From Stegostoma tigrinum (taxonomy: Eukaryota), in contig NC_081387.1 in the NCBI RefSeq assembly GCF_030684315.1, positions 16,895,409-16,959,408 of the forward strand: a stretch of DNA of 64,000 nt, given 5' to 3'. The notes beneath the pieces were generated by a model that had not been told where the DNA came from, made no database searches, and saw only the letters and a list, made by a program, of their open reading frames with translations. Each line of letters begins with the position of its first letter. Position 1 is the stretch's first letter. This document shows, piece by piece, positions 63,830-64,000 of the stretch. Position numbers and translations under genes: made by a program.

Positions 63830-64000
63830 GGTGGCATGGTGACTCAGTGGTTAGCATTCCTGCCTCACAGTGCCAGGTACCTGGGTTCAATTCCACCCTC
63901 AGGTGGCCGTCTGTGTGGAGTTTGCACATCCGTGTCCGTGTGGGTTTTCTCTGGGTGCTCCGGTTTCCTCCCACAGCCCAAAGATGTGCAGGTTAGGTGG
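63830..64000 (+). mobile_element. HE1-type SINE (cut by window end)
   Basis: ggtggcatggtgactcagtggttagc..gggttcaattcc head and V-domain. Confidence 0.9.

Noticed and set aside
63830-63900. tRNA-like sequences (also about 4930-4985, 17190-17255, 36460-36531, 37070-37150)
   Set aside because: They are SINE heads continuous with SINE bodies, not tRNA genes.
1-64000. Prokaryotic features (CRISPR arrays, operons, rRNA)
   Set aside because: The DNA is vertebrate and intron-rich. The 78-bp repeats are contiguous, with no spacers.

Overview
Eukaryotic, intron-containing DNA, almost certainly from a cartilaginous fish (inferred from HE1/V-SINEs, DeuSINE remnants, CR1 LINEs and abundant Penelope-like elements, PLEs). 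Most entries in the ORF track are repeat-derived or spurious. Reading splice sites by hand gives two tandem, same-strand (+) paralogous genes with the same exon plan: signal peptide, Cys-poor IgV, IgC2 (a CD2/SLAM/CEACAM-type ectodomain), FIVE separately encoded hydrophobic segments, and a short tail on mini-exons. This is a CD47-like five-pass membrane module under a two-domain ectodomain, an architecture I do not recognise among named vertebrate receptors. Gene A (690..~24550) lacks its signal exon in this window, and its TM3 exon is split by a Penelope insertion that could be spliced out in frame. Gene B (40602..~55363) appears complete at about 442 aa, although its tail exons are tentative. 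The second theme is the PLEs: at least three families carry minimal hammerhead-ribozyme motifs, and the youngest family repeatedly forms head-to-head hairpin insertions flanked by 13-15 bp target-site duplications (TSDs). Repeat boundaries are approximate and family names come from recognition, not database search.
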